DNA of 64,000 nt from Raja brachyura (taxonomy: Eukaryota), in contig OY740783.1 of NCBI GenBank assembly GCA_963514005.1, forward strand, positions 6,138,001 to 6,202,000, read 5' to 3'. How positions within the stretch are numbered: the stretch's first letter is position 1; the number at the start of each line of letters is the position of its first letter. A program made the position numbers and the translations under genes. A model generated the notes under the pieces. That model made no database searches. It saw only the letters and a list, made by a program, of their open reading frames with translations, and was not told the origin of the DNA. This document shows, one piece after another, positions 22,246-36,420 of this stretch.

Positions 22246-25200
22246 ATAACATAGAAACATAGAAACATAGAAAATAGGTGTAGGATTAGGCCAATCGAGC
22301 CTGCACCGCCATTCAATATGATCATGGCTGATCATCCAACTCAGTATCCCGTACCTGCCTTCTCTCCATACCCCCTGATCCCTTTAGCCACAAGGGCCAC
22401 ATCTAACACCCTCTTAAATATATCCAATGAACTGCCCTCAACTACCTTCTGTGGCAGAGTATTCCAGACACTCACCACTCTCTGTGTGAAAAATGGTTTC
22501 CTCATCTCGGTCCTAAAGGAATTCCCCCTTATCCTTAAACTGTGACCCCTTGTTCTGGACTTCCCCAACAATCGGAACAATTTTCCTGCATCTGGCCTGT
22601 CCAACCCCTTAAGAATTTTGTAAGTCTCTATAAGATCCCCCCTCAATCTTCTAAATTCCAGCGAGTACAAGCCGAGTCTATCCAATCTTTCTTCATATGG
22701 AAGTCCTGCCATCCCAGGAATCAGTCTGGTGAACCTTCTCTGCACTCAATACTCCAGGTGTGGCCTCACCAAGATCCTGTACAACTGCACTAGAACCTCC
22801 CTGCTCTTGTACTCAAATCCTTTTGCTATGAATGCCAACATACCATTCGCTTTCTTCAGTGCCTGCTGCACCTGCATGCCTACTTTAAATAACTGGTGTA
22901 CCATGACACCCAGGTCTCGTTGCATCTCCCCTTTTCCTAATCGGCCACCATTCAAATAATAGTATACTTTCCTGTTTTTGCCACCAAAGTGGATAACCTC
23001 ACATTTATCCACATTATACTGCATCTGCCATGCATTTTCCCAATCACCCAACCTATCCAAGTCACCTTGCAGCCTCCTAGCATCCTTCTCACAGCTAACA
23101 TTTCCCGCCAGCTTCATGTCATCTGCAAACTTGGAGATGTTGCATTCAATTCCCTCATCCAGATCATTAATATATATTGTAAATAGCTGGGTTCCCAGTA
23201 CTGAGCCTTGCGGTACCCCACTAGTCACTGCCTACTGCCTACTAGTTACTGCATTTGAAAATGACCTGTTTACTCCTACTCTTTGCTTCCTGTCTGCCAG
23301 CCAGTTCTCTATCCACATCAATACTGAACCCCCAATACCATGTGCTTTACGTTTGTATACTAATCTATTATGTGGGACCTTGTTGAAAGCCTTCTGAAAG
23401 ACCAGATATAACACATCCACAGGTTCTCCCTTATCCACTCTACTAGTTACGTCCTCGAAAAATTCTATAAGATTCGTCAGACATGATTTACCTTTCATAA
23501 ATCCATGCTGACTTTGTCCAATGATTTCACCACTTTCCAAATGTACTGCTATCCCATCTTTAATAACTGACTCGAGCATTTTCCCCACTACCGATGTTAG
23601 ACTAACTGGTCTGTAATTGCCCGTTTTCTCTCTCACTCCCTTTTTAAAAAGTGGGGTTACATTAGCTACCCTCCAATCCTCAGGAACTACTCCAGAATCT
23701 AAAGTGTTTTGAAAAATTATCACTAATGCATCCACTATTTCTGGGGCTACTTCCTTAAGTACTCTGGGATGCAGCCTATCTTTGCCCTGGGGATTTATCG
23801 GCCTTTAATCCATTGAATTTACCTAACACCACTTCCCGGCCTACCTGGATTTCACTCAGCTTCTCCATCTCATTTGACCCCCGGTCCCCTGCTATTTCCG
23901 GCAGATTATTTATGTCTTCCTTAGTGAAGACAGAACCAAAGTAGTTATTCAATTGGTCTGCCATGTCCTTGTTCCCCATGATCAATTCACCAGTTTCTGA
24001 CTGCAAGGGACCTACATTTGTTTTAACTAACCTTTTTCTCTTCACATATCTATAAAAACGTTTACAGTCAGTTTTTATGTTCCTTGCCAGTTTTCTTTCA
24101 TAATCTATTTTCCCTTTCTCACTGAGTTCCTCACTGTGATTAACAGGCACTCAGTCTTGACATAATGGATGTCCGGAGGACCCTAAAAGGAGAGAACGCA
24201 CGAAAAGCGGCAGGCCCTGATAACATACCAGGGCGGGTGCTCAGGGAATGTGCTGATCAGCTGGCACATGTCCTTACGGACATCTTTAACACCTCGCTGA
24301 ACCAGGCTGTCGTCCCATCGTGTTTCAAGGCTGCCACCATCATACCAATGCCAAAAAAATCCAATATCCAATGTCTCAACGACTGCCGTCCTCTGTAGCA
24401 CTCACTCCCATAATGATGAAGTGTTTCGAGAGGCTGGTCAGGGATCATATTACCTCCAGACTCCCCTCCACACTTGACCCATACCAGTTTGCTTACAGGC
24501 CAAACCGCTCCATAGAGGACGCTATATCCTCCGTACTCCATCTGAGCCTGGAACATCTAGAGGAGAAGAACACTTATGTGCGAATGCTGTTCGTGGATTT
24601 TAGTTCAGCATTCAACACAATTATCCCTCAGCACCTGATAAGCAAACTGGTACCATTGGGCCTCAGCACCCCCATGTGTAACTGGCTACTGGACTTCCTC
24701 ACTGACAGACGCCAGTCAGTGAGGGTTGGAAATAACACCTCTAACATCATCTCTCTGAGCACCGGCTGAGCATCAGGGCTGTGTCCTGAGTCCACTGCTG
24801 TTTACCCTGATGACCCACGACTGTTGTGCCAGGTTTAGTACAAAGCACATCATGAAGTACGCAGATGACACAACAGTGGTGGGCCTCATCCGGGATGACA
24901 ATGAGCTGGCTTACAGGGAGGAGGTGAAACAACTGGGGGACTGGTGCAATACGAACAACCTGATCCTGAATGTCAAAAAAACAAAGGAGGTCATCATCGA
25001 CTTCAGGAAAAACCGGCATAGTCCCACACCACTTCACATCAATGACAGCGATGTGGAGGTGGTCAGCAGCACTAAGTTCCTGGGGCTGCAGATCACTAAC
25101 AGTCTGACCTGGTCAAATAACATCTCATCAACAGTTAAGAGAGCGCAGCAGCGGTTGCACTTTCTGCGCCGGATGAGAAGAGCTCACCTCCCCCATCCCA

Positions 25201-25775
25201 TCCTCACCACTTTCTACAGGGGCACCATAGAGAGTATTTTGACCAGCTGTATCTCTGTCTAGTTTGGGGACTGTAAAGCCTCCGACTGGAAGTCCGTGCA
25301 GAGAGTGGTGAGGACAGCGGAAAAAATAATTGGGACTTCTCTCCCCTCAATTGGGGATATTGCGACCAAACGTTGCGTGTCTAAGGCCAGCAGTATTATA
25401 AAAGACCCCACACATCTCCATCACGGACTGTTCACTCTGCTGCCCTTGGGCAAAAGATATTGTAGCATAAGGAGCAGAACATCAAGGTTCTGCAACAGCT
25501 TCTTTCCACGAGCCATCAGACTCCTGAATGCCATGTAATGGGCTGCTACCATTGTCTATTTTATCCTTTTATCCTTTTATCCATTTTTTTCCATTTTACC
25601 CTTTTGTTAATTAACGTGTTGCACAGGGAGCCAAATGCAACGGAATTTCATTTGGAATTGCATATATCAATGTATTTCTAAATGACAATAAAGTTTGTTT
25701 GACTTTGACTTTGACTTTCCTAATTAAGCCCTTTGTCCTCATCTGCTGGACTCTGTTTTTTCTGGCTAATTTGTA
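22246..25775 (-). mobile_element. CR1 inserted in the DIRS element, itself split by a Rex1/Babar element
   Basis: ORFs 22341-24150 are CR1 RT; the CR1 resumes at about 25716 (TTTCCTAATTAAGCCC). Confidence 0.9.
24120..25718 (+). mobile_element. 5'-truncated Rex1/Babar LINE
   Basis: [57 protein letters not shown]; (TGACTT)n tail. Confidence 0.9.
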
Positions 25776-28217
25776 AATAACGAATGACAATGTCATTAAA
25801 CACTTCGTGATTCAACATTCATTCCTTGTTGTAATTGAATTGTCGTGACCTGGTGTCTGCCATCATGTTATATCTACCTGGTAAGTAGATTGCTGAAACC
25901 CAGATATTTCTCGTAATACACCAGTGCCAAATGAGATTAGACAATTTATCACAGGATACAGACTTACTTCCACTCATGTGATTAATGTACGCTACTGCTG
26001 TAGTGTTGTCAATCAGAAATTGAACATGCACATGATGCATATAGGTACAATAAGTCTTTAACCCATAGAGTGCTCCCAACAATTCAAAGTAGTTAATACC
26101 ATGTGACTGAAGCATCGATGATTCCTGCAGATTCCATCTGCTCCCGCAGCTAGAGGTGGTGTTGTTAGCACCCCAACCTAGCGCACTGGCATCAGTTTTC
26201 AGGATAACTTATGGTGTATCAACTAAAATAGTAATAGAACACTAATAAATATTGGTAACACACCATTGTATCTCAGCAATGGCTTCAGCTGGCAACTGCA
26301 TAGGCCTATCAAAGCAACCTCTATGAAGCTTGAGTGCCTGCTCCTTTGCACGCCGTAAATTTTGGTAGTGCAAAGGCTCGAACTGAGCAGCTGGGAAAGC
26401 AGCCACGAATTTGTCAATTATACTAGCCACATGTCTAATTGAAGGTTGGTTCTTAACAACGAGATTTCTGCAGGCTTCGATTAACTCTAATTGCTTGCCC
26501 CAATTTGCATTGAGTTAATGGTGAATCCCAAATAATCAATTATCCTAGATGGTACCAATTTAGACTTAACTGAATGGATTAGAAAACCCAGTCTCTCAAA
26601 CATGAGTTTGGTAGCTGACACAGATAATTCAGCTAATTCCAAAGTCTTCCCAATGATTAAGATGTCATCCAAATATGCCATGACTATATGATTCTGTGCC
26701 CTGAGTACCTCCAGGACTGGTTTTAGCAATTTTGTGAATAGTCTGGGCACTGAGATTAACCCATTAGGCAATGCTTTAAACTGCCACAATTGCTCCATCC
26801 AGCTAAACTTCAAATATCTCCTGTGGCATTAATGAATGGCCACTGAATAGCAAGCATCTTTGAGGTCAATGCATGCCATGTAACATCCTTTGGAAACCAG
26901 TTGTTTGGCAGTGACAAAGTTTTCCATTTTGAAGTGTTTATACTGCACAAAGTTGTTAAGCTCAGTTAAATCAAGAATGATTCGACATCCTCCATCCTTC
27001 TTTTACCTAGTAAATATATTGGACACAAACTGGTGAGGCTCATGACTCGACCTCTCAATTACCCCTTTCTTGAGTAAAGACTCAATTTCCCCTTGTGCAC
27101 TCACACACTCCTGTTGTGAAAGAAGAAAAGTGCGGCTCGGTGTATGCTGGCTGGGTGGAGACGAGTCGAAATGGAACTCAATTTGAAAACCTTGTATACT
27201 GCGCAGTATAAACGGGTCAGATGTTATCCAATGCCAATCATGTAAGAAAAACTGTAGTCTACCCCCAACTTGTAACTGATCCATCAAAGATATGTTACGC
27301 AAACAACCAGACTCACTTAGTGCTTATCAGCGGTATGGCTTCTGCCCCCGAGATCTGGGGGGTAGGGCTGTTGGAGAGCGCCATGCACGCATCTTGAACA
27401 TGGCCCAGCTTGGGCCCTGCCCTAAAAAAGGCCTCTGTGCCTGCTGCTCGTGACGTCCACCATATCTGGCGGACCGTTTGAAGTGGAGAGGAGGGTAGGG
27501 GTACTGTCGCCAGAAAGATGAAATCCTAGGAGGTGCCTTGATAAGGCCGACGGTTTTAGCCTCCTCATCCATTTCCTTTACCTGCTTAGGCAGGTCTTCC
27601 CCGAATAGTAGGTTTAGGGGTTGCACATTCCCCGGCTTGCACAGCCCTGCAAATTTCGGGTTCAGAGCAGGATGGATGGCATTCTTCCGGAGGCAATTTA
27701 TTTCAAAATGTGCATTGCACATTAATGCCATCGCATCCTGCTGGGTATCAGAGAGGGGCGCCCCATCCACTGACCTGGCAAAGGCCGTGATACTTGAAGC
27801 AAGTAATTGTAAAACGTTTTGAAGTTTTACTTCCTGGGCTCTGACGCCACCTCCAATGTGTCCCCAGATGGAATTGTTCACTGCCGGGACATTGAGTGAG
27901 GCACAGTTCAGTGGGGTATTGTATTTGGCAGTAGTTTCTTCCATGGCCTGGTCTTGGAGTTGGTGGGAGGCCAGGTAATTGATGCTCATGGCCAGTTCTT
28001 CTCCCAATGGCTCCCCTGTTAGGGCAGGGATAGCAAATTTGGATGCCATCGGAGTTACTCCCGGGGTATGGCCCGCATGCCTTGAAGCATGCTGCCCAGC
28101 TGTGCCTCCGTACACTGAGTCAGTATAGTACTGGCCTCATACGCTTCCCTCATCAGAGAGGGGAATATGCTGCCCTGACACAGGTGCTGCTGCCTCGGGT
28201 TCCCCGTAATACCCCGG

Positions 28218-28671
28218 CTCAGATAGCATCTCTGGAGAGAAGGAATGGGCGACGTTTCGGGTCGAGACCCTTAGGCTGATGTCAGGGGAAGGGGTGGGGC
28301 AGAGATAGAATGTAGTCGGAGACAATAACACTGGTGGGAGAACTGGGAAAGGGGAGGGGATGGAGAGAAGGGGAAAGCAAGGGTTACCTGAAGTTATAGA
28401 AGTCAATGTTCATACCGCTGGGGTGTAAACTGCTCAAGCGAAATATGAGGTGCTGTTCCTCCAATTAACGGTGGGCCTCACTCTGGCCATGGAGGAGGCC
28501 CAGGACAGAAAGGTCGGATTGGGAATGGGAGGAGGAGTTGAAGTGCTGAGCCACCGGGAGATCAGGTTGGTTAATGCGGACCGAGCGGAGGTGTTCAGTG
28601 AAGCGATCGCCAAGCCTATGCTTGGTCTCACCGATGTAGAACAGCTGACACAGAGAGAGAGAGAGGGAACC

Positions 28672-28702
<31 letters not shown>

Positions 28703-29080
28703 GCTCTCGTCTTACTCCCCATCCCCCTTCTCGTAACAAGGACAGAGTCCCCCATGTCCTCCCCATCCACCTTACCAGCCGTCACATACAACAGATAATC
28801 CTCCAACATTTTGCCACCTCAAATGGGATCCCACCACTGGCCTCGTCTTCCCATTCTCCAATATCAGTGGTTTCTCCCTCCTTCCCTTTCCCAGCTCTCT
28901 CACAGCCTACTGTTTCTGCCTCTTCTTGTATTTTTCCTGCCCACCCCAATTTCAGTCTGAAGAAGGGTCTCGACCTAAACAGTCACCGATTCCTTCACAG
29001 GTGACCATAGATGCTTCCTCACCTGCTGAGTTACTCCAGCATTTTTGTCTACCTTTGATTTGTCCAGCATCTGCAGTTCT
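28218..29080 (-). mobile_element. Penelope-like element remnants (GIY-YIG endonuclease plus inverted terminal pieces)
   Basis: YIGETKHRLGDRFTEHLRSV..PVAQHFNS on the minus strand; terminal repeat pieces at both ends in opposite orientations. Confidence 0.85.
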
Positions 29081-29094
29081 TTTGTAAACCACTC

Positions 29095-29230
29095 GGTGGG
29101 AGTGTTGACCACAAATTGGACGGGCCTGCAGTGCAGTGGATTACCACATGGTGGGAGTGTTGACCACAAATTGGACGGGCCTGCAGTGCAGTGGATTACC
29201 ACATGGTGGGAGTGTTGACCACATATTGGA
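29095..29230. repeat. 55-bp tandem repeat, about 2.5 copies
   Basis: GGTGGGAGTGTTGACCACA starts at 29095, 29150 and 29205. Confidence 0.9.
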
Positions 29231-30557
29231 TGACCTGTTCTGTGATTTCACTGCACATTGGGAGCGCTGTCTCCAAATTAGATATAGTTCTCTTTACTGC
29301 AAAATGGTGGTTTATTGCTCTGTGACCCTTTTCCTTTCCCTGTAATGCACCCATTGCCCAGATGCCAAATTTAGTAAAAAGCCCTGAAACTATGGAAGAT
29401 TTGGGATGAAAATCAAGGAACTGCAGGTGCTGGTTTACAAAAAAAGACACAAAGTGCTGGAGTAACTCAGCGGGTCAGGCAGCATCTGTGGAGAACATGG
29501 ATAGGTGACGTTTCACAGAGTGCTGGAGTAACTCAGCGGGTCAGGCAGCATCTGTGGAGAACATGGAAAGGTGAGATTTTGGGTGGGGAGCCTTCAGACT
29601 GATTTCTGGGTGTGGTTCTGTTTACTTCATGAAGGCAGTGGCAAGAATGAATTTGTCTCCAGGATAGCTGTCCAATTGTGTTTTAATTGGGGCACTTTAT
29701 GAAGACTGGTTTTCAGTTGATGACTAATTGTTATGATTAAGAAGACATTGAGGAATTTAAAGTGAATCTACATTGTACTTGGTTGAGGAAAGTTAATGTG
29801 AACTAGTTGTTAACATTAACCATTTCACACAAGTGGTTAACCCTAATCAGAGTTTGTTTGTTATGAATTCTTATGAAGGACTTTCAGGTGAAAGGAATCT
29901 GTGATGTGTGGAGTGGTCATTCATAGAAACATAGAAATTAGGTGCAGGAGTAGGCCATTCGGCCCTTCAAGCCTGCACCGCCATTCAATATGATCATGGC
30001 TGATCATCCAACTCAGTATCCCGTACCTGCCTTCTCTCCATACCCTCTGATCCCCTTAGCCACAAGGGCCACATCTAACTCCCTCTTAAATATAGCCAAT
30101 GAACTGGCCTCAACTACCCTCTGTGGCAGAGAGTTCCAGAGACCCACCACTCTCTGTGTGAAAAAAGTCCTTCTCATCTTGGTCCTAAAGGATTTCCCCC
30201 TTATCCTTAAGCTGTGACCCCTTGTTCTGGAGTCCCCCAACATCGGGAACAATCTTCCTGCATCTAGCCTGTCCAACCCCTTAAGAATTATGTACGTTTC
30301 TATAAGATCCCCTCTCAATCTCCTAAATTCTAGAGAGTATAAACCGAGTCTATGCAGTCTTTGTTCATAAGACAGTCCTGACATCCCAGGAATCAGTCTG
30401 GTGAACCTTCTCTGCACTCCCTCTTTGGCAATAATGTCCTTCCTCAGATTTGGGGACCAGAACTGTACGCAATACTCCAGGTGTGGCCTCACCAAGACCC
30501 TATACAACTGAAGTAGAACCTCCCTGCTCCTATACTCAAATCCTATTCCTATGAAAG

Positions 30558-33500
30558 TCTTCCCATGGATTTTGAAGCAACAGCAACAAAGAGAAGCAGG
30601 AGAAAGCACTGATTGGCTCTAGCCCAAGTGGGAGGAGAGTTCTCAGTGAGTCAGAGGGGGAAAGCAGTTGAAAAGGAGAGACAAAGCACAGGCAGACTTC
30701 ACTCAGTCTTCCCGTGGATTTTGAAGCAACAGCAACAAAGAGAAGCAGGAGAAAGCACTGATTGGCTCTAGCCCAAGTGGGAGGAGAGTTCTCAGTGAGT
30801 CAGAGGGGATGGTTAATGACCCCAGAATTAATGGGAAAGAAAGCTCACAAAGGGATAGGAGAGTATGGCCAAGTGTAATAGGGATCGATGTGAAAGGGGC
30901 CACTTGTCAACATAATTGTATAAGGAGTAAGAGTTTTGTAAAAACAAGTCTGAAGGCTTTGTGTCTCAATGCGAGGAGCATTCGTAATAAGGTGGATGAG
31001 TTGAAGGTGCAGATAGCGATTAATGACTATGCTATAGTTGGGATCACGGAGACATGGCTCCAGGATGACCAAGGCTGGGAGCTGAACATCCAGGGATATT
31101 CAATATTCAGGAGGGATAGACGAAAAGGAAAAGGAGGTGGGGTAGCGTTGCTGGTGAGAGAGGAGATTGATGCAATAGAAAGGAAGGACATTAGCGTGGA
31201 GGATGTGGAATCGATATGGGTAGAGCTGCGAAACTCTAAGGGGCAGAAAACGCTAGTGGGAGCTGTGTGCAGGCCACCTAACAGTAGTATTGGAGTTGGG
31301 GATGGCATCAAACAGGAAATTAGAAATGCGTGCAACAAGGGTAACACGGTTATAATGGGTGACTTCAATCTGCATGTAGATTGGGTGAATCAAATTGGCA
31401 GGGGTGTTGAGGAAGAGGATTTCCTGGAATGTATGCGGGATAGTTTTCTCAACCAACATGTGCAGGAACCAACGAGAGAGCAGGCTATTCTAGACTGGGT
31501 ATTGAGTAATGAGGAAGGGTTAGTTAGCAGTCTTGTTGTGCATGGCCCCTTGGGCAAGAGTGACCATAATATGGTTGAGTTCTTCATTAGGATGGAGAGT
31601 GACAAAATTAAGTCAGAAACAAGGGTTCTGAACTTGAACAAAGGGAACTTTGAAGGTATGAGATGTGAATTGGCCAAGATAGACTGGCAGGTGATTCTTA
31701 AAGGGTTGACAGTGGATGTGCAATGGAAGGTATTTAAAGACTGCATGGATGAAGTACAAAAGTTGTTCATACCAGTTTGGCAAAAGAATAAATCGGGGAA
31801 GGTGGTGCATCCATGGATAACAAGGGAAATCAGTTATAGTATAAAAACAAAAGATGAGGCATACAAATTTGCCAGAAAAAGCAGCCTACCGGAGGACTGG
31901 GAGAAATTCAGAATCCAGCAGAGGAGGACAAAGGGCTTAATTAGGAAAGGGAAAATAGATTATGAAAGGAAACTGGCAGGGAACATAAAAACTGACTGCA
32001 AAAGTTTTTATAGATATGTGAAGAGAAAGAGACTAGTTAAAACAAATGTTGGTCCCTTGCAGTCAGAAACAGGCGAATTGATCATGGGGAACAAGGACAT
32101 GGCAGACCAATTGAATAACTACTTTGGTTCTGTCTTCACTAAGGAAGACATAAATAATCTGCCGGAAATAGCAGTGGAACGGGGGTCAAATAAGATGGAG
32201 GAACTGAGTGAAATCCAGGTTAGCCGGGAGGTGGTGTTGGGTAAATTGAACGGATTGAAGGCCGATAAATCCCCAGGGCCAGATAGTCTGCATCCCAGAG
32301 TACTCAAGGAGGTAGCCACAGAAATAGTGGATGCATTAGTGATAATTTTTCAAAATTCCTTAGATTCTGGAGTAGTTCCTGAGGATTGGAGGGTAGCTAA
32401 TGTAACCCCACTTTTTAAAAAAGGAGGGAGAGAGAAAGCGGGGAATTACAGACCAGTTAGTCTAACATCGGTAGTGGGGAAACTGCTAGAGTCAGTTATT
32501 AAAGATGGGATAGCAGTGCATTTGGAAAGTGGTGAAATCATTGGACAAAGTCAGCATGGATTTACGAAAGGTAAATCATGTCTGACAAATCTGATAGAAT
32601 TTTTCGAGGATGTAACTAGTAGAGTGGATAAGGGAGAACCAGTGGATGTGTTATATCTAGACTTTCAGAAGGCTTTCGACAAGGTCCCGCATAAGAGATT
32701 AGCATACAAACTTAAAGCACACGGTATTGGGGGTTCAGTATTGATGTGGATAGAGAACTGGCTAGCAGACAGGAGGCAAAGGGTAGGAGTAAACGGGTCC
32801 TTTTCAGAATGGCAGGCAGTGACTAGTGGGGTGCCGCAAGGCTCAGTGCTGGGACCCCAGCTATTTACAATATATATTAATGATTTGGACGAGGGAATTC
32901 AATGCAACATCTCCAAATTTGCAGATGATACCAAGCTGGGGGGTATAGTTAGGTGTGAGGAGAATGCTTGGAGGCTGCAGGGTGATTTGGATAGGCTGAG
33001 TGAATGGGCAGATGCATGGCAGATGCAGTATAATGTGGATAAATGTGAGGTTATCCACTTTGGTGGCAAAAACATGAGGGTAGACTATTATCTGAATGGT
33101 GGCAGATTAGGAAAGGGGGAGATGCAACGAGACCTGGGTGTCATGGTACACCAGTCATTGAAAGTAGGCATGCAGGTGCAGCAGGCAGTGAAGAAAGCAA
33201 ATGGTATGTTAGCATTCATAGCGAAAGGATTTGAGTATAGGAGCAGGGAGGTTCTACTGCAGTTGTACAGGGTTTTGGTGAGGCCACACCTGGAGTATTG
33301 CGTACAGTTTTGGTCTCCAAATCTGAGGAAAGACATCCTTGCCATAGAGGGGGTACAGAGAAGATTCACCAGACTGATTCCTGGGATGTCAGGAATTTCA
33401 TATGAGGAAAGATTGGATAGACTCGGCTTGTACTCGCTGGAATTTAGAAGATTGAGGGGGGATCTTATAGAAACTTACAAAATTCTTAAGGGGTTGGACA

Positions 33501-36420
33501 AGCTAGATGCTGGAAGATGGTTCCCGATGTTGGGGGAGTCCAGAACAAGGGTCACAGTCTAAGGATAAGGGGGAATTCCTTTAGGACCGAAATGAGGAAA
33601 ACGTTCTTTAGAAACATAGAAACATAGAAAATAGGTCCAGGAGTAGGCCATTCGGCCCTTCGAGCCTGCACCGCCATTCAATGTGATCATGGCTGATCAT
33701 CCAACTCAGTATTCCGTACCTGCCTTCTCTCCATACCCCCTGATCCCTTTAGCCACAAGTGCCACATCTAACGCCCTCTTAAATATAGCCAATGAACTGG
33801 CCTCAACTACCTTCTGTGGCAGAGAATTCCAGAGACTCACGACTCTCTGTGTAAAGAATGTTTTCCTCATTTCGGTCCTAAAGGAATTCCCCCTTATCCT
33901 TAGACTGTGACCCCTTGTTCTGGACTCCCCCAACATCGGGAACAATCTTCCAGCATCTAGCTTGTCCAACCCCTTAAGAATTTTGTAAGTTTCTATAAGA
34001 TCCCCCCTCAATCTTCTAAATTCCAGCGAGTACAAGCCGAGTCTATCCAATCTTTCCTCATATGAAATTCCTGACATCCCAGGAATCAGTCTGGTGAATC
34101 TTCTCTGTACCCCCTCTATGGCAAGGATGTCTTTCCTCAGATTTGGAGACCAAAACTGTACGCAATACTCCAGGTGTGGCCTCACCAAGACCCTGTACAA
34201 CTGCAGTAGAACCTCCCTGCTCCTATACTCAAATCCTTTCGCTATGAATGCTAACATACCATTTGCTTTCTTCACTGCCTGCTGCACCTGCATGCCTACT
34301 TTCAATGACTGGTGTACCATGACACCCAGGTCTCGTTGCATCTCCCCCTTTCCTAATCTGCCACCATTCAGATAATAGTCTACCCTCATGTTTTTGCCAC
34401 CAAAGTGGATAACCTCACATTTATCCACATTATACTGCATCTGCCATGCATCTGCCCATTCACTCAGCCTATCCAAATCACCCTGCAGCCTCCAAGCATT
34501 CTCCTCACACCTAACTATACCCCCCAGCTTGGTATCATCTGCAAATTTGGAGATGTTGCATTGAATTCCCTCGTCCAAATCATTAATATATATTGTAAAT
34601 AGCTGGGGTCCCAGCACTGAGCCTTGTGGCACCCCACTAGTCACTGCCTGCCATTCTGAAAAGGACCCATTTACACCTACCCTTTGCCTCCTGTCTGCTA
34701 GCCAGTTCTCTATCCACATCAATACGGAACCCCCAATACCGTGTGTTTTAAGTTTGTATGCTAATCTCTTATGCGGGACCTTGTCGAAAGCCTTCTGAAA
34801 GTCTAGATACAACACACCCACTGGTTCTCCCTTGTCCACTCTACTAGTTACATCCTCGAAAAATTCTATCAGATTTGTCAGACATGATTTACCTTTCGTA
34901 AATCCATGCTGACTTTGTCCAATGATTTCATCATTTTCCAAATGCGCTGCTATCCCATCTTTAATAACTGACTCTAGCAGTTTCCCCACTACCGATGTTA
35001 GACTAACTGGTCTGTAATTCCCCGCTTTCTCTCTCCCTCCTTTTTTAAAAAGTGGGGTTACATTAGCTACCCTCCAATCCTCAGGAACTACTCCAGAATC
35101 TAAGGAATTTTGAAAAATTATCACTAATGCATCCACTATTTCTGTGGCTACCTCCTTGAGTACTCTGGGATGCAGACTATCTGGCCCTGGGGATTTATCG
35201 GCCTTCAATCCGTTCAATTTACCCAACACCACCTCCCGGCTAACCTGGATTTCACTCAGTTCCTCCATCTTATTTGACCCCCGTTCCACTGCTATTTCCG
35301 GCAGATTATTTATGTCTTCCTTAGTGAAGACAGAACCAAAGTAGTTATTCAATTGGTCTGCCATGTCCTTGTTCCCCATGATCAATTCACCTGTTTCTGA
35401 CTGCAAGGGACCAACATTTGTTTTAACTAGTCTCTTTCTCTTCACATATCTATAAAAACTTTTGCAGTCAGTTTTTATGTTCCCTGCCAGTTTCCTTTCA
35501 TAATCTATTTTCCCTTTCCTAATTAAGCCCTTTGTCCTCCTCTGCTGCATTCTGAATTTCTCCCAGTCCTCCGGTAGGCTGCATTTTCTGGCAAATTTGT
35601 ATGCCTCATCTTTTGTTTTTATACTATCCCTGATTTCCCTTGTTATCCATGGATGCACCACCTTCCCTGATTTATTCTTTTGCCAAACTGGTATGAACAA
35701 CTTTTGTACTTCATCCATGCAGTCTTTAAATACCTTCCATTGCACATCCACTGTCAACCCTTTAAGAATCACCTGCCAGTCTATCTTGGCCAATTCACAT
35801 CTCATACCTTCAAAGTTACCTTTGTTCAAGTTCAGAACCCTTGTTTCTGACTTAATTTTGTCACTCTCCATCCTAATGAAGAACTCAACCATATTATGGT
35901 CACTCTTGCCCAAGGGGCCACGCACAACAAGACTGCTAACTAACCCTTCCTCATTACTCAATACCCAGTCTAGAATAGCCTGCTCTCTCGTTGGTTCCTC
36001 CACATGTTGGTTGAGAAAACTATCCCGCATACATTCCAGGAAATCCTCTTCCTCAGCACCCCTGCCAATTTGATTCACCCAATCTACATGCAGATTGAAG
36101 TCACCCATTATAACCGTGTTACCCTTGTTGCACGCATTTCTAATTTCCTGTTTGATGCCATCCCTAACTCCAATACTACTGTTAGTTACACAGAGAGTGG
36201 TGAGTCTCTGGAATTCTCTGCCACAGAAGGTAGTTGAGGCCAGTTCATTGGCTATATTTAAGAGGGCGTTAGATGTAGCACTTGTGGCTAAAGGGATCAG
36301 GGGGTATGGAGAGAAGGCAGGTACGGGATACTGAGTTGGATGATCAGCCATGATCACATTGAATGGCGGTGCAGGCTCGAAGGGCCGAATGGCCTACTCC
36401 TGCACCTATTTTCTATGTTT
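30558..36420 (+). mobile_element. Middle CR1: 149-bp 5' tandem monomers, 917-aa ORF2 (30809-33562), no ORF1; its 3' end is displaced to 36186-36420
   Basis: LNARSI, ITETW, MGDFN, SDH endonuclease; LDFQKAFD, GVPQGSVLGP, FADD RT; 1-nt deletion near 33550. Confidence 0.92.
33609..36185 (-). mobile_element. Inner CR1, 5'-truncated and almost identical to its host
   Basis: ORF 33706-36185 open; (TTTCTATG)n tail; TTA repeated at both junctions. Confidence 0.92.

Larger units (their letters stand above)
20394..28220 (-). mobile_element. DIRS1-like tyrosine-recombinase retrotransposon, interrupted and missing its 5' end
   Basis: gag-like 27327-28115; RT (VGGRL..F..W, ALPNGL..PRLFTK, YLDD) 26487-27302; RNase H (IDNTTAVAYIN) 25819-26430; methyltransferase-like (DLFAS, FPPF) 21877-22245; recombinase N-terminus 21584-21889; YR (R..HSTR..GW..FY) 20849-21571; terminal/ICR inverted repeat 20395-20470 vs 20620-20696. 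Confidence 0.92.

Noticed and set aside
26500-26515. Octamer ATTTGCAT as an Ig enhancer
   Set aside because: Lies within DIRS coding sequence; expected by chance
36186-36357. N-terminus of the 883-aa ORF
   Set aside because: Antisense read of the host CR1 3' end fused by the insertion; not a real start
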